Below are positions 61,801 to 64,000 of a DNA stretch of 64,000 bases, piece by piece (positions within the stretch are counted from its first letter, which is position 1; every line of letters begins with the position of its first letter). The notes under the pieces are model-generated. The model worked only from the letters and a program-made list of their open reading frames with translations. It did not search any database and had not been told where the DNA came from. The translations under genes and the position numbers were made by a program. This stretch comes from Eledone cirrhosa (Eukaryota), in contig OZ024754.1 in the NCBI GenBank assembly GCA_964016885.1, forward strand, positions 32,674,001-32,738,000, written 5' to 3'.

Positions 61801-64000
61801 TGGTGATGGTGGTAATGGTGGTGTTGGTAGTGGTGTTTGTGGTGTGGTGGTGATGGTGGTAATGGTGGTGGTTGGGTAGTGGTGTTTGTGGTGATGGTGG
61901 TAATGGTGGTGTTGGTAGTGGTGTTTGTGGTGATGGTGGTAATGGTTGTGTTGGTAGTGGTGTTTGTGGTGATGGTGGTAATGGTGGTGTTGGTAGTGGT
62001 GTTTGTGGTGATGGTGGTAATGGTGGTGTTGGTAGTGGTGTTTGTGGTGATGGTGGTAATGGTGTGTTGGTAGTGGTGTTTGTGGTGATGGTGGGTAATG
62101 GTGGTGTTGGTAGTGGTGTTTGTGGTGTTGGTGGTAATGGTGGTGTTGGTAGTGGTGTTTGTGGTGTTGGTGGTAATGGTGGTGTTGGTAGTGGTGTTTG
62201 TGGTGATGGTGGTAATGGTGGTGTTGGTAGTGGTGTTTGTGGTGATGGTGGTAATGGTGGTGTTGGTAGTGGTGTTTGTGGTGTGGTGGTGATGGTGGTA
62301 ATGGTGGTGTTGGTAGTGGTGTTTGTGGTGATGGTGGGTAATGGTGGTGTTGGTAGTGGTGTTTGTGGTGATGGTGGTGATGGTGGTAATGGTGGTGTGG
62401 TAGTGGTGGTTTGTGGTGTTGGTGGTAATGGTGGTGTTGGTAGTGGTGTTTGTGGTGATGGTGGTAATGGTGGTGTTGGTAGTGGTGTTTGTGGTGATGG
62501 TGGTAATGGTGGTGTTGGTAGTGGTGTTGTGGTGTGGTGGTGATGGTGGTAATGGTGGTGTTGGTAGTGGTGTTTGTGGTGATGGTGGTAATGGTGGTGT
62601 TGGTAGTGGTGTTTGTGGTGTGGTGGTGGGTGTATGGTGGTGTTGGTAGTGGTGTTTGTGGTGATGGTGGTAATGGTGGTGTTGGTAGTGGTGTTTGTGG
62701 TGATGGTGGTAATGGTGGTGTTGGTAGTGGTGTTTGTGGTGTGGTGGTGATGGTGGTATGGTGGGGGGTGGTTGGTAGTGGTGTTTGTGGGTGATGGTGG
62801 TAATGGTGGTGTTGGTAGTGGTGTTTGTGGTGATGGTGGTAATGGTTGGTGTTGGTAGTGGTGTTTGTGGTGATGGTGGTAATGGTGGTGTTGGTAGTGG
62901 TGTTTGTGGTGTTGGTGGTAATGGTGGTGTTGGTAGTGGTGTTTGTGGTGATGGTGGTAATGGTTGTGTTGGTAGTGGTGTTTGTGGTGATGGTGGTAAT
63001 GGTGGTGTTGGTAGTGGTGTTTGTGGTGTTGGTGGTAATGGTGGTGTTGGTAGTGGTGTTTGTGGTGATGGTGGTAATGGTTGTGTTGGTAGTGGTGTTT
63101 GTGGTGATGGTGGTAATGGTGGTGTTGGTAGTGGTGTTTGTGGTGATGGTGGTAATGGTTGGTGTTGGTAGTGGTGTTTGTGGTGATGGTGGTAATGGTG
63201 GTGTTGGTAGTGGTGTTTGTGGTGTTGGTGGTAATGGTGGTGTTGGTAGTGGTGTTTGTGGTGATGGTGGTAATGGTGGTGTTGGTAGTGGTGTTTGTGG
63301 TGATGGTGGTAATGGTTGTGTTGGTAGTGGTGTTTGTGGTGATGGTGGTAATGGTGGTGTTGGTAGTGGTGTTTGTGGTGTTGGTGGTAATGGTGGTGTT
63401 GGTAGTGGTGTTTGTGGTGTTGGTGGTAATGGTGGTGTTGGTAGTGGTGTTTGTGGTGATGGTGGTAATGGTGGTGTTGGTAGTGGTGTTTGTGGTGATG
63501 GTGGTAATGGTTGTGTTGGTAGTGGTGTTTGTGGTGATGGTGGTAATGGTGGTGTTGGTAGTGGTGTTTGTGGTGTTGGTGGTAATGGTGGTGTGGTAGT
63601 GGTGTTTGTGGTGATGGTGGTAATGGTGGTGTTGGTAGTGGTGTTTGTGGTGATGGTGGTAATGGGTTGTGTTGGTAGTGGTGTTTGTGGTGATGGTGGT
63701 AATGGTGGTGTTGGTAGTGGTGTTTGTGGTGTTGGTGGTAATGGTGGTGTTGGTAGTGGTGTTTGTGGTGTTGGTGGTAATGGTGGTGTTGGTAGTGGTG
63801 TTTGTGGTGATGGTGGTAATGGTGGTGTTGGTAGTGGTGTTTGTGGTGATGGTGGTAATGGTGGTGTTGGTAGTGGTGTTTGTGGTGATGGTGGTAATGG
63901 TTGTGTTGGTAGTGGTGTTTGTGGTGATGGTGGTAATGGTGGTGTTGGTAGTGGTGTTTGTGGTGTTGGTGGTATGGTGGTGTGGTAGTGGTGTTGTGGT
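40811..64000. repeat. Large GGT-triplet-based satellite, 39-bp main unit, running off the window
   Basis: Unit GGTGTTGGTAGTGGTGTTTGTGGTGATGGTGGTAATGGT with 30- and 48-bp variants; degenerate onset at 40811-41113. Confidence 0.98.
41114..41313. other. Assembly gap (200 N)
   Basis: Run of N. Confidence 1.

Noticed and set aside
40780-64000. Giant ORFs (up to 4591 aa) as real genes
   Set aside because: Several frames on both strands are open simply because the triplet satellite lacks stops; they switch phase, cross an N gap and have no non-repetitive domain
41314-64000. Telomeric repeat
   Set aside because: G-rich strand orientation is suggestive, but there are no TTAGGG-type units and the repeat is a 39-bp composite

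Overview
AT-rich, microsatellite-saturated animal genomic DNA with no host protein-coding gene I can support. The SINE/LINE repertoire suggests a cephalopod such as octopus (inference from recalled repeat motifs). Main contents: (1) a full-length L1/Tx1-type LINE (~2140-8120) with an intact 1139-aa APE-RT ORF2 and an ORF1 split by a 1-nt frameshift, inserted in an (ATT/AGT)n tract; (2) tRNA-derived SINEs, Tc1/mariner-type MITEs and truncated RTE/Tx1 relics; (3) several minisatellites and a >23-kb GGT-based 39-bp satellite (~40.8 kb to the window end, with a 200-N gap) showing higher-order duplications; (4) most interesting, many short non-coding inserts between (TA)n tracts that carry type I hammerhead ribozyme motifs (9 with complete catalytic cores, about 8 more degenerate or truncated). 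These fall into several sequence families and often have terminal fold-back inverted repeats. One palindrome is centred exactly on the predicted self-cleavage site. The pattern fits (TA)n-targeting Penelope-like element ends or non-autonomous retrozymes. Almost all ORFs in the supplied track are artefacts of low-complexity DNA. All structures were read by eye; nothing was computed.
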